DNA from: Narcine bancroftii
Lineage: Eukaryota
NCBI RefSeq assembly: GCF_036971445.1
Contig: NC_091478.1
Span: forward strand, 14,322,001-14,386,000
Length of the DNA: 64,000 bases
Direction of reading: 5' to 3'
Made by a program: the position numbers and the translations under genes. How positions within the stretch are numbered: position 1 is the first letter of the stretch; each line of letters begins with the position of its first letter. Of the stretch, positions 36,845 to 49,680 are shown piece by piece. A model generated the notes under the pieces. That model saw nothing but the letters and a program-made list of their open reading frames with translations, was not told the DNA's origin and made no database searches.

Positions 36845-38694
36845 GCAAGTTTTCAACATAAACTGCTGGAAACACTCAGAAGACCAGGAGCATTTGCAGT
36901 GAGGGAAACAGTATTAATGTTTCAGCTCTATGATCTTTTATCAGACATATTCACTCAGTTTCTTTCACCGCTGATGTTTATTGACCTGCAGAGTATTTTC
37001 AACATTTATGTATTTTTTTAATTTCAAATCTGCAGTTTTGTTTTGCTTATTCATTTAAGTAAAAGTTGGTCATTAGTTTTACTGCCTTCTCTGGCAAGGT
37101 GATTTGCTCTGTGGCTTTTGAATTTGAGCTGGTCAATTCTTAGTATGGTAAAATCCCTGATATCCGAATTCAAACAACCAATTTTTAAAAATTGAGGAAA
37201 ATAAATTAAAAATATATAAAATAAATAAGAATAAAATAATAGGTAAAAATACGTAAATTTAAAATGGTAAAAGTAAATTTTCTCTGAAGTAACACATAAA
37301 TCTTAGGTGAAGATGGGAACAAATATTCAGCCAGTCAAGTGCCTTGGTTGTGCTTTGCGCCTGGCAGCTGTTTAAATAAAGTTGTATTTGAATAAAATGG
37401 CGTCAACCCAGGTTGAAGAGCTGGTTGATGCCGCTCAGCATTGATGTGACTCTCTTAGAGTGTCTCCTTATTTCTGCTTAGTAAGAGTTGCACCGGTCAG
37501 AGGTTTTACCTGTAAACTTGGGGGAAGGAGGAAAATATCTATAATGTTATTGTTCGTCTTTTGGGTGGCTCCATGGAGGGGGAGGAACCTAAAGATGCAG
37601 CAATGAATAAACGTTTTCAAAGACTGAAAATAAAGTAAAATGCTTTAAGGTTTATATATTCATGCGAGTGAAGTTTGTTCAGTGAAAATACAATATAGTA
37701 CTTTTGTCTTTTAAACTGTTTATTCTTAGTTAGGCATTCTAAGAGTAAGTCTCAAGCAACTGGAAAATACACTTATCCAGTATCCATCAATCCCTGTAGG
37801 TTATGGAAACAAATATAATTTTTGTGTATTTATGGACTGGCCAAGATGAAGAAACAAAATGCAATGAAAGAGGGACAGGGTCCAAGAGATATGAAATGAA
37901 TTATTTTTTTTAAAGAAAACAGGTAGAACAAGAAAGGAAATTTGGCACTATATATAGTGCTTTAACATTGTAAATTATCCCTAATTGATTCAGCAGATTG
38001 TTTTCATTTGTTAAATCAGTTGGAGAACTAGGGATTCGGTTAGATATGGTAACAATAAAATGGTGGCATTACTATTCATTTTGAACAGGGTAAGAGGGAC
38101 ATCCAATCAGATGATTATCTTAGCATTTAAATCAGAAGACCATGAATTGGGGGAAAAAAGGGACCTGCTACTGAGAGTGGGTGAATAATGCTCAGAAAAA
38201 TATCCAGGAGACGGATAGCTGATATCAAAACACTCATAGATAAATAGCCAGGCGTTTTGCAACCATCCTTTATTTACAGCCATTTGCTCAGCTGATTTAC
38301 CGTGAGTAAAAGCGGAATATGTCCGCATTCATAAAGAATTTTTAAAAAGCCCCCTAGTACAGTATTCAACACTCTGTACCTTCTTCATGCTTCAGAGATG
38401 TATCCAGTTTTTCTCTTAAAATATGTGATGACCTTAACATGTTTTACTTTTTAAGTAAAGCTTTTTATGCTGTGTACAAAACATTGTGACTTTGTATTGT
38501 GTCAAAGGTTCAAAACTAGAATTAAACAGCAGTATGATTGTGATCAGTTTTTACTGACAGCCAGGAATCATTTTATGGAACAGCTGATTTGACCAATTCT
38601 CAATTCTACAATCTTGAAATGTTTCCTTTGATGGCAAATGTAAAGTATGAATATTACTTCCTTGAACTGCAAATATTTGTACATTCAATAAGTA

Positions 38695-39840
38695 AATACA
38701 AAGTGCTGGAGAAGCTCAACAGGCCAAACAGTGCCCTTTATGTAGCAAAGGTAAAGATACAGAACCGACGTTAAAGGCTTGAGCCCTTCAACAAGTTATG
38801 AGAAAATGCCCGCAGGCGTCCGGACAAAAGAGTGGGGAGGGGGAGGGGGCAGCAAAGGATAATAGGTGGAGGAAGGAGGGAGGGGACAGCAGCAATGAGG
38901 GGGAGGAGGGATGGATGGGTGAGGCAGAAAAGGGGAAAGGGCGAGCAGGTTTAGTGGGAGGCAGTAAAGTCAATGTTCATGCCATCTGGCTGGAAGGTGT
39001 CCAGACAAAAAATACGGCGTTGTTCCTCCAATTTGCAGGTGGCTTGGGTGGGATAGTACATGAGGCCATGGATACACATGTGAGTGTGGGAACGTAACTC
39101 AGAATTGAAATGGTTGGCCACTGGGAGGTCGCTGTTGTTGCAAATGGAGAGGAGGTGCTGAGTGAAGTGATCTCCCAATCCGGGATCGGTCTCTCCAATG
39201 TAGGGAATGCCACAAAGGGTGCAACGGATGCAGTAAATAGGTCCTCTGGATGTTCAAGTGAAGCATTCCTTCACTTGAAAGGCCTGTTTGGGGCCCCAGA
39301 CTGTGGTGAGGAAGGAGGTGTGGGTGCAAGTGTTGCATCTCCTGCAGGCACAGGGGAAGGTGACAGGTGTGCGATGGGTGGGGAGGGATGAGTGGTCCCT
39401 GCGGAAGGCCGAGAGGGGAGGAGAAGGAAAAATGTGTCTGGTGGCGGGATCCTGAAGTAAGTGCCGGAAATTCCGGCGGATAATGCGTTAGATGTGGAGG
39501 TTGGTGGGGTGGTAGGTGAGGACGAGGGAGATTCTGTGTTTGTTGCATCTGCGGGCAGAGGGGGCCATGGCAGATGAGTGGGAAATGGAGGAGGTGGGTG
39601 AGGGCTGAGTGGTGAATGGGGAGCCACATTTGTGGAAGAAGGCAGACATTTCAGAAGGTCGGGACTGGAAGGCCTCATCTTGGGAGCAGATGTGGCGGAG
39701 ATGGAGAAATTGAGAGAAGAGGATGGAATCCTTGCGTAGGGACAGGGTGTGAGGATGTGTAGTCCAGGTAATTGTGGGAGTTGGAGGGTTTGAAGTATAT
39801 GTAGTTTGTAGTTTACTTCAACCACGGTGTCTACAGATTT
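38695..39840 (-). mobile_element. Penelope-like element 3' part (GIY-YIG endonuclease and terminal repeat)
   Basis: LGDHFTQHLLSICNNSDLPVANHFNS...CKLEEQRRIFCLDTFQPDGMNIDF; terminal cassette with a decayed hammerhead-like motif at 38760-38795. Confidence 0.85.
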
Positions 39841-41129
39841 TCGTGATTTACTTTTGTACATTCAATAATGTCAGGAACTGTGTATCGTTCCTAGCTAACA
39901 AAATTCATGTAATTTTACATCTAAGGCTTTCTTCACCCAGTTTATTATTGAGAAGTTAGTCTTAAATCAGCGTTGCAATCGTTGCAGCAAAGATGTAAGA
40001 ACTCTGGGTGAGCTCAGCAGGTTACTAAGTCACAGGGAGCCCTCTGAATAGCCCTATGGAAAAGTCCAGTGTGACCTGCTGCTGACTCGGGGGATTTATA
40101 CATGTTGAGTAGCCGCACTTGCATCAGTATTCAGTGTCACACCCGTGTAATGGTGGAGCATGTTTTCTGGTCTGTTGCCATTTCAAATAGTTGGAAAAAG
40201 ATTTGCAGATGCAGAGTGGAGTACCAATTAATGAGGAATCCAGGTATGTGATCTTAGACTTCTTCATGTGCTCTGACTGATGTTAAACAATTGCTGAAAT
40301 GATATTGTGCAATCAAATTTACAACATTAGAAACTATAGCACACATCACTTCCTCGAAACAAAAGTGAATTGGACTGAAGCCAGCCAATGGTGAGGCCTG
40401 TCTCAGGAGGCTCTGCCTCGATCGGTATTCCTCATTTTTGTTTCTAAATGACCAGAGGCAAAATTGCTGAATTAAAATGTCTCTGGGTTGGCTCTCCTAA
40501 ACTACTACTAATCAAGTTCAAGTTTATTATCATCTGACGATGTAACCAGACACAGTACAAACACATGCACACAATTCACAGCACGTAACAATCACAATGT
40601 GTAAGGATCTCATTTAAAATAAATAAATCGATAGATAGATACATCGATATGATTTACTTAGTTGCAAGGTAGTGTTCATCAATCTCAAAGCTTGTAAGAA
40701 GAAGTTATTTCTCAGCAGTCTTAGTTTTGATGCTCCTGTACCTCCTTGATGCAGTAGGTCAGAGATACTCTGTGCCGGGTGGAAAGTGTCCTCAATAATT
40801 TGTCTGCTCAAACTGACAATATGCTCTGCTTTTATGTTCTCGTCACAAGGTGCAAAATGGTTTATTCAAGTGTCATTATAATTGTAATGCTCTTTAATGA
40901 GGTGCTGTTACCATTCCAGAGATGGACTATTTCTTTCCTGTTCAAATCTATACACTTTTACCATAAGGTGCCATTAAAATTATTTGAATTTCTTTGCTTT
41001 AAAAATGTGACTGGTTTCCTAATATTTATAGACTGTATACCAGTTGAAAAACGTGGTATCATCTCCAATTTAAAGAATACGTCAAATCTTTCATATTCAA
41101 GTTCATCTCATTGGCTTTCAAACTACCCA

Positions 41130-41480
41130 CAGAACTCACATTCCAACTTAAACAATCCCTGTGCCTTAAGTGATCTGTGATTAGTAAGGGATTGCTTTAG
41201 GTGGGATGTGAGTAGAAAGAAATATGTTTGAAAACCACTGTTTTAATCGTCCTTAATTGACTCGTTATGTGCACGGTTTCATAACTCCAAAGGGAATGGG
41301 CCAATGACAATTTTTCTTAAGCTAAATATTTCAGTAACAATTGGGTCCAGAGCAGTGGTTCTCAACCTTCCCTTCTCACTCGCATACCACCTTAAGCAAT
41401 CACTTGCCAATCACAGAGCACTGATGGCATAGGGATTACTTAAGGTGGAGTGAGTTTAGTGGGGCAGTTTGAAAACCACC
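41130..41480. mobile_element. hAT-like composite MITE, same family as 19500-19800
   Basis: Shared spacer ttttaatc...cgttatgtgcac...tatttcagtaacaattgggtc and cagtggttctcaacc / tttgaaaaccac ends. Confidence 0.6.
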
Positions 41481-41565
41481 CTCAATCCAAGAATCTTTGC
41501 AAGTGAAATACCCTAATGCTGCAGTAGTGGGCAGTGCTGTGCAATACAATGGGATAACCAACAGC

Positions 41566-41568
<3 letters not shown>

Positions 41569-41601
<33 letters not shown>

Positions 41602-41606
41602 AGAGA
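41569..41606. repeat. (CT)15 microsatellite abutting (GA)4
   Basis: Directly visible. Confidence 0.9.
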
Positions 41607-41744
41607 TGAAAGAAGCCTCAACCTGCTGGAATTTCCCAGCAAAATTTTAACAGTATTTAAATTTTTCTGAAAATTAAAACAGAAAGCTTCTCAGCTTTGA
41701 TGAGGGAAAAAAACGCTGCTCCCAACTCTGACCTTGGTTAAAGT

Positions 41745-43620
41745 TCAAAGTTTAGACTTATTGTCAGAATACATACATGATATCAGATACAATCCTGATA
41801 CTGTTTCTCCTGTGGGCGAGGCAGAATGACCTCTTACTGGTCGTGCAAAAACTGTACTCATGAAGATATGTACACATGTAAACAAATAAATAAATCTAAA
41901 CAAACTGACTGTGCAATACAGAGAGAAAAAAATCAATAAATTGCAGGTGTAAGAGTCCTTAAATTGAGTTTGTTGTTGAGTCTGATGGTGGAGGGCTAGC
42001 AGCTGTTCCTGAACCTGGTGGTGTGAGTCTTGAGGCACCTGTACCCGTTCCTGATGGTAGTAGCGAGAACAGAGCGTGTGCTGAGTCATGTGGATCCTTG
42101 ATGATTGTTGCTTTTCTCCAATGGCAGTGTTCCCTGTAGATGTTCTCAATGGTGCGCAAGGTTTTGCATGTGATGTCCTGGGATCTGTGCACGATCATTT
42201 GGTGTCACCATACCAGACCATGATGCATCTGGTCAGCACACTTTCCACCACACATTTGTAGAAATTTGCCAGGGTTTCTGATGTCGTACCAAACCTACAC
42301 AATCTCCTGAGGACGTAGAGGAAGATGACGTGCTTTCTTCATGATGCCATTTGTGTGTTCGGTCCAGGAAAGATCTTCTGAGATAGTGACACTCAAGACC
42401 TTAAATTTGCTCACCTTCTCCACCTCTCATCCCCCTATGATCAGTAGATTGTACACCTCTGGTTTTCCCTTCCTGAAGTCAACCCATCAGCTCCTTAGTT
42501 TTGGTGGCATTGACTGCAAGGTTGTTGTTGGTGCATCATTCAGCCAAGTTTTCAATCTCCCCTCCTGCATGCTGACTCACTGCCTTTTTTATACAATCCA
42601 CTACCATGGTATCGTCAGCAAATTTATAGATGGTTTTATTATCGTACTGAGCCATACAGTTGTAGATGTAAAGTGAGCAGAGCAGGGGGCTAAGATCGCA
42701 GCCCTGTGGTGCTCCAGTACTGATGGAGATTGTGAAAGAGATGTTCTTACCAATCCTCACTGATTGTGGTCTGGAGGTGAGAAAATTCAGGTGTTGAGTC
42801 CCAGGTCTTGGAGTTTTCTGATCAATTTTGAGGAGATGATGGTGTTAAATGCCAAACTGTAGTCAACAAAGAGCATCTTGATGAATGCATCTTTACCATC
42901 CAGATGTTCCATGGATTTCTGTAAAGCCAGAGAGATTTCATCCACCATAGACCTGTTACTCCGATGTGAATTGGAACAGATCCATGTCACCGCTCAGATA
43001 GGACCTGATATGCTTCAACACCAGTCTTTCAAAGCACTTCATCACTGTTCGTGTAAGTGCTACTGGTCGATAGTCATTGATGCAGGTTTCTTCGCTCTTC
43101 TTGGGCACAGGTATGATTGTTGTCTGTTTGAAACAAATGGATACCACACCCTGCCAGAGTGAAATGTTGAAGATATCTGTGAATACATTGCTACGTTGGT
43201 CATCACAGAATTTTAATACTCTGCTGGGTACTCCATCCGGACCACTTGCTTTCCTCAGATTCACTCTCCTGAAGGCAGCCCACACGCCATCCTCAGATAT
43301 GGACAGGATGGGATCATCAGGGGACGTGGAGGTGCAGAAGGGTGGTTCTCCCTGTTACAGTGGGCAAATTGAGCCTAAAAAGCATTGAGTTCCTCTTGGA
43401 GTGAAGCTGTGCCTTCTGCTACTTTACCGGATTTGGTTTTGTAGCAGGTTATGACATTTAGGCCCTGCTATAGCTGTCGGAGGTCCTTCCTTGTTCCAAT
43501 TTTCATCTGGAATCTCCACTTTGCCCAGGAGATAGCTTTTTGTAGGTCATACCTGCTCCTTCTGTATTGATCTGGATTTCTGGAGTACCTGTGAACTGGC
43601 TCTCAGCAGGTTCTAGATAT
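41745..43620 (-). mobile_element. Rex1/Babar-like LINE RT region, degenerate
   Basis: [65 protein letters not shown]. Confidence 0.88.
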
Positions 43621-43683
43621 CCGGATCCAGTCTGTGCTGACCTATTATTCTGCTTGATTCCCGTGACTGCATCAACCATACCC

Positions 43684-44770
43684 CTCTGGATTTTTTGGTA
43701 TGTTGCTTTTTGTGATTTTATTTAATATCTGGTTTAGATCTTCCCAAAACTTTTCCACTTTCTCACATGCCCAATTGCATGTACTGTTGTTCCCGTTTCC
43801 TTCTTACAGCGAAAACATCTATCTGATACTGTTAGGTCCCATCTATTTAACTTTTGGGGCATGATGTATAGCTTGTGTAACCAATTATATTGTATCATGC
43901 GTAACCTCGTGTTTATTGTATTTTTCATAGTTCCGGAGCATAGCTTTTCCCATGTTTCATTCTTTATCTTTATGTTTAGATCTTGTTCCCATTTTTGTTT
44001 GGGTTTACAGCTTGTTTCCTCGTTCTCTTTCTCTTGCAGTTTGATGTACATGTTTGTTATAAATCTTTTAATTATCATTGTGTCTGTAATCACATATTCA
44101 AAACTGCTTCCTTCTGGTAGCCTCAGCCTGCTTCCCAATTTGTCCTTCAAGTAGGTTTTCAGTTGGTGGTATGCAAATATTGTACCATGAGTTATACCAT
44201 ATTTATCCTTCATTTGTTCAGAAGATAATAATTTATTTCCCAAAGTAATATAAGAAGTAAAGAACTTGGACTCGATTTGGATGGAGCACAAAAAAGATTT
44301 ATCATGATAGCCTTAGCTGTAGCAAAAAAATATATTATGTCAACCTGGAAATTAGAAGATAGCCTGAGAATACAACAATGGTACATAGAAATGAATAAAT
44401 GTATTCCATTGGAAAAAATAACATATAATTTAAGAAATAACATCACAGTATTCGAACAAATTTGGGAACCGTATATGGAACACAACAGAGAAGTCCTACC
44501 GCAGACCTCCACCCCCTAAAATGACAGAATGAGAAGAAGATGAAATGAACTGACCCAGTGTGTAAAAGTAGAAGACACAAATTTCTTGTTTATTTTCATT
44601 GTGTGATGACATTGTTTAATAGGTTTAATGTATCATATAGGTTGGGGGGGGGGTGAAGGAGGGAGGGAAGGGAGGGGGGGAAAAGGGGAGAAAATGACAC
44701 TGTATATTCAAGAGGGAAATGTTTGTGTGTATTTTGGTTAGTATGGTTCATAGTGTGAAAAATTTTTAAA
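43684..44770. mobile_element. L1/Tx1-like insertion with 5' inversion (43684-44241 minus, 44242-44770 plus)
   Basis: Both parts match the ORF2 3' region of the copy at 17.8-18.9 kb; short aaccat flanking duplication at 43674 and 44771. Confidence 0.88.
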
Positions 44771-45803
44771 AACCATGGCCCTTCATGCCCCTCCTATCCT
44801 GTCCATGTACCTAGCTCATTAATCCATCCCCAGAATATAAAATATTTGGTTTTATTTTCAAATCTCTCATTAACCTTATCTCTCTCTCCACGGCCTTCTC
44901 TGATTCTACAATCCTGCAAGAAATCTATACAACCTTTAGAATATTCTCCTCCTGCTTCACCTACTTTATCTTTCTTTTAAAATGCTCTTTGAGCCAGATT
45001 TCTCTTGCCAAGTTCTTGGCTCCACTCCTATCATCTCCTGACATGCTTTATGTCAGGTTTTGCTTGACAATGCTTCTGTGAGTCAACTTTGAAATTTTGC
45101 GACATTAAAGGGCCTGTGTAAGTTGTTGAAACTCTCTCACAGTGGCATTGTAACATTGGCTTCTCATTTCTTAACGGAAGGGTGACCAAACTATTTTAAC
45201 AGTAACATTTCATTAGTACAATAGAGAGAAACTATCAACAATATCCAGGACTTATTAAGCTTTGTAGACTGATATGAGAAAGAGGGGCCTATCTGAGTTA
45301 TCATTACAAGACCATAAATTGGTTGTTAATCTAGGTAGGGTTTAATAATATTCCATTTTAATTCATGTACTATCCATGTAGAGGCTTTTAATGGTTGGAA
45401 ACTACTCAGACCTCTGCTTCAAAATTTCCTGTGCTGTTTACCGATTATACTAAGAAATGTGATGTTTCTGCCAGTGATGTTTTTTTGTTGGTGGTTCTCT
45501 CTTTGTGCTCCAGAAAATAAATCTTACCTTTCTGTTAGAGTTGTAGAAATGATAGGTGTTGAAAAGTAAGGAAATCTACCAACCTGCTGCAGTTATGGAG
45601 AACAATCTGAAGCAGCAGAGATGATCAGTGAGTGGAATTCAAAAGCTACAAATCAAAACCATTTTGTAAAAATTGAGGCACTTGGAGGAGAGAGGAAAAA
45701 AAAATCAAAATTAATTGAAACAATGATCAGCTATAAAGCTTTAAGCTTACTTCTGCAATAAATCTGTTGCAATATTTATTCAATAAAGATTTAATTATCT
45801 ACG

Positions 45804-45966
45804 GCAGGGGTGGCCAACTTTTTAATTGAGACATATAGCACGGTAACAGGCCATTTCAGCCAGCAAGTCTGTGCTGCCCAACTAACCTACACCCCGGTAC
45901 ATACTTGTGGGCCAAAATGGCCTGTTAACTGTGCTGTATGACTAAGTTAAAAGGTTGGCTGCCCCT
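45804..45966. mobile_element. Small palindromic hAT-like MITE
   Basis: caggggtggccaacttttt ... aaaaggttggctgcccct ends; about 60-bp imperfect arms. Confidence 0.55.
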
Positions 45967-47836
45967 CATCGATGGAATAAGCTTGAAGAAAATACAATAA
46001 AAATTTAGAATAATATTTATTTGTTAATGGGAGTAGTGCCCCTCAGCATACGAGCTATTCTCCTATTTCAATTATAATTTTATTCTAACGATAGTTTATC
46101 CCTTAAATGTAGGGCATAGGGCCTTAGCAACTGAAGGTGCGACTACCAGTGGGGCAAAGGCCAGAAGGTGGTAGAGATTATAGAGATAGGGACTGTACCA
46201 TGAAGAGATTTGATAAAAATGCTTGAGAATTTTAATTTTTAAAATGTTCTTTGTTCCCAACACCTCCCCCCAAATACTGTAATTAACTTGGCACAAGATA
46301 TTGAAACATCTGGAAATAAATTTGACTATTCAATCTACTTGCAATCATTATATACCTGATGTATTATCTGACAAGCTGTTAGGGAATAAAGGAAAACTTG
46401 CTTCCAATAGTATGATGCACATTGGGAGTAGACTGGTAAAGAACATACTTTTGGTCAACTTTCAGCATAACGCCCCTCCTGTTGTAGGCTTTTGTGAACA
46501 TTTGATGCCCTACCCCAAGTTACCAGTGAGTCATTCACTGAAGGGATGCAGTCTTCAGAGGATATAATATCAGTGGCTGAGACTGCAGTTTGTCAATTAA
46601 TGTCAGTCTCATCCATTATGCTCAAGAATTATGCCTTTGGGGGGAAAATATTCATTTTCTCCTTTGAAAATACAGAGCTAAATGTTTGAATTAATTCACT
46701 TGAGGTTAATGAATCACCTTATCCTGAATGAGATCTGGCTAACAGAATCCAAAGCTGAATATTTTATGAGAGTAAATATCCAATGCAAATCAATCACATC
46801 TATCATGGATGTTTTGGGCTTTGATTAGTTCATCAGGGTCTATTGTAGACTAACCCTTTTCCAGGGAAGGAATGTATCCTTTCTGCCTTATTACTACCTT
46901 TCTGCTCCTTTCAGGAAACTGCATGGTTTGCCACAAGGCTCCAAAAACATTTACGTTTGACAGAAAATGCATGATCCTCTGTGATTTTTAACATAGATGA
47001 GGATTGTTATGAGCTGCTTTGCCAATGAGGCATAAAGACTTAATTTTAGTGAGGAATTCTGAATGGGGGTGGGAAGCATCATGGCAAAACAACCTGGCTT
47101 GATGATCATTCTGACTATACACAGAAGCAGAAGCTAATATGGTTGCTCTCATTGTGATGGAAATGCTCCAAAGTAGTGTATAAAATGATGAACAGGGACC
47201 ATTTTCTATTCACTTTATTTATATACAGGACACAAGCATCCCTTGTCCTCATTACCCATCAATAATGGGCCCACTTGAACCACCGCAATTCCAAACATTG
47301 TCTCATCTGAGAATACAAGCAGAAGGCCATATGGATCCGTAAACCTAGTCTAAATCAATTATATCATGGCCCCACTTTGATTTTCCAGCCTGGTTTGCAT
47401 AACCTGCAATACAGCATACAGTACATCAGCCTTGAACATACTCAGGAACTCGGCAATCTCAGTGGTCTGAAGTACAGAGTTCTAAAGATTTTCAATCTCC
47501 TCATCATAATCCTAAATGGCCAGCCCATACACTGAATCTGTGCCACCCAGTTCTATGCTCTCCTGCATTTTGGTATTCAGATTCTTGGATGTCTTACAAG
47601 ATCGCCTACTAGTCTTCGAAAAATAGTGAAGATTGGCCCATTTTTCATGATCTTTGTTTGTGGTATGAAGTTTGAAAAGGCTAGATAGGATCATTCCTGC
47701 GGAAACCAAAAAATTATAGAACTGCAACTGCATAGGAGGCTATTCTGCCTATCCACTCTGCGCCAATTTGTATACAGCAATCCATCTGGCCTTATTTCCC
47801 AACTGTTGTATATTAGTCTTGTATATTAGTCTTTCT

Positions 47837-47970
47837 AATATCGCTGCAATCGTGTCTGCCTGTCCCGCATCGGACTTGTCAGCCACAAACGAGCCTGCAG
47901 CTGACGTGGACTTTTTACCCCCTCCATAAATCTTCGTCCGCGAAGCCAAGCCAAAGAAAGAAAAAAAAAA
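47837..47970 (+). mobile_element. RTE LINE extreme 3' fragment
   Basis: CNRVCLSRIGLVSHKRACS* zinc-finger end and tail gaagccaagccaaagaaaga(A)n; 12-bp TSD attagtctttct (47825-47836, 47971-47982). Confidence 0.85.
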
Positions 47971-48054
47971 ATTAGTCTTTCTTGTGCCTCTCCAGATCAA
48001 TTTCTGAAATACTAATGCTGTTTCCACCATCTTCAAAGGCAATAAATTTCAGTT

Positions 48055-48734
48055 TGTAGCCACTGAAAACACAGTGGCTGTTGAACGCAAAATAACAACA
48101 TGCACAGTTGCAGGTAAATCAGAGCTCGTTTACTCAAGTGACATGCGTATTCTTTTAAAACGCTGAACCACACATCCCACGTCATGACGTTATGACATCC
48201 CATGCCGGTTCGCAAGACTTCTGGGAGTCCTCCATGTGTAACCATCTGGCGCCCCTCTGTCTGCGGGACATGCTGTAAATTTGCGGCAGAAGCGCTTTTA
48301 GAGTGTCATACGTGCGCTCTCCAGGCTTTGGTGGGTCGCGCAGGACGTCACCAACTCGCTTGGCTTGGTCCAAGGCACTAATAATAGCAAGTCGCGTCCA
48401 CCTCAGTCTTCCTGAGGTGTAATTGTGCCTCAGCCTGTTGAAACCACAGCTCTGGTTCTGCCGTCCAGAAGGGCCATAGCTTAATGGCAACAGCTGCAGT
48501 ATCTGTATGGTCCTAAAGCTCGTTTTGGGACCCGTCAGGGTCACCGATCATAACCACTGAAAATGCAGAGAAATAACAACACACATTGTTGCAGGTAAAT
48601 CAGAACTCGTTTATTCGAGTCACACACATATTCTTTTGAAACACAGAACCACGCGCGCCATGCCATGACGTTATGACGTACGTGCCGGTTTGCTAGACTT
48701 TTGGGAGTTGTAGTCTATATATAGTGCCACTACA
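48055..48734 (-). mobile_element. Miniature LTR retrotransposon remnant (Gypsy-like) with a gag stub
   Basis: Direct repeats 48055-48228 and 48552-48734; TGTAG...CTACA termini; PBS-like cggtgaccctgac (minus strand) at about 48534-48546; gag-like LAIISALDQ...DPP...YDTLKALL; flanks agtt/aggt. Confidence 0.75.
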
Positions 48735-49179
48735 AGGTCATCATTATTCTGTTTTTGTGTTATACAATTTTTCTCACAACCCACATATGTAGGACTAACC
48801 ACTGAGTTCCTCCAGTTTTTTGCTTCAGATTCATGCAGGTATTGCTTTCATCTGGGCCAAGGATGTGTGTGTGTGATAGGCCAACATTGGGTTTGTTTCT
48901 TTGGTTTTCCCACAAGTTACACACCATTTCAGACGTGACAATGAATCAGCATTCCTTCATCATCACAGGGTATATATTGTGGTAGTGTCTTCACCAGAAG
49001 GACTTCATGGTTCAAGAAGGTGACTCACTACCATTTTCTCAAGGACAATTAAGGACAGGAAGTAAATACCAACTTTTCCATCAATGTGCAGATCCTGAAA
49101 TAAGAAATTGTATTTTTTTTTTTAAAAAAGCATTCTGTTAATCTCAGACCTGTTAACATTGTTCTACACAATGTCAATG

Positions 49180-49680
49180 TCATGGGTAAAACTCTCCCCA
49201 TCATCGAGAACATCTACAGGGAGCACTGCCCTCAGAGACCAGCACCAATCATCAAGGATCCACATCACCCAGCACACACACTCTCTTCTTGCTGCTACCA
49301 TCAGGAAAGAAGTACAGGTGCCATAAAACTCACACCACCAGGTTCAGGAACAGCTACTTCTCCTCCACCATCAGACTCCTCAATAACAAATTGAACCAAG
49401 GATTTATTTAAGGACTCTTACATTATTCTTTTTCTCTCTCTGTATTACATATTCAGTTTGTTCATGTTTATTTATTTGTCCACATGTCAAGTTTATTGTC
49501 ATCTGTGCAAGTACAACCTGATGAAACAGTGTTCTCCGGTCCTTGGTACATGTGTACATTGAGTCAGGTTTTTTTGCACTGCTAATAAGTGATCATTCTG
49601 CTTTGCCCACAGGAAAAAAAGAATCTCAGGGTTATATATGATTTCATGTATGTACTCTGAGAATAAATCTGAAATCTGAT
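49180..49680 (+). mobile_element. Rex1/Babar-like LINE 3' end
   Basis: LPIIENIYREHC...IIKDPHHPAH; tail gaataaatctgaaatctga. Confidence 0.75.
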
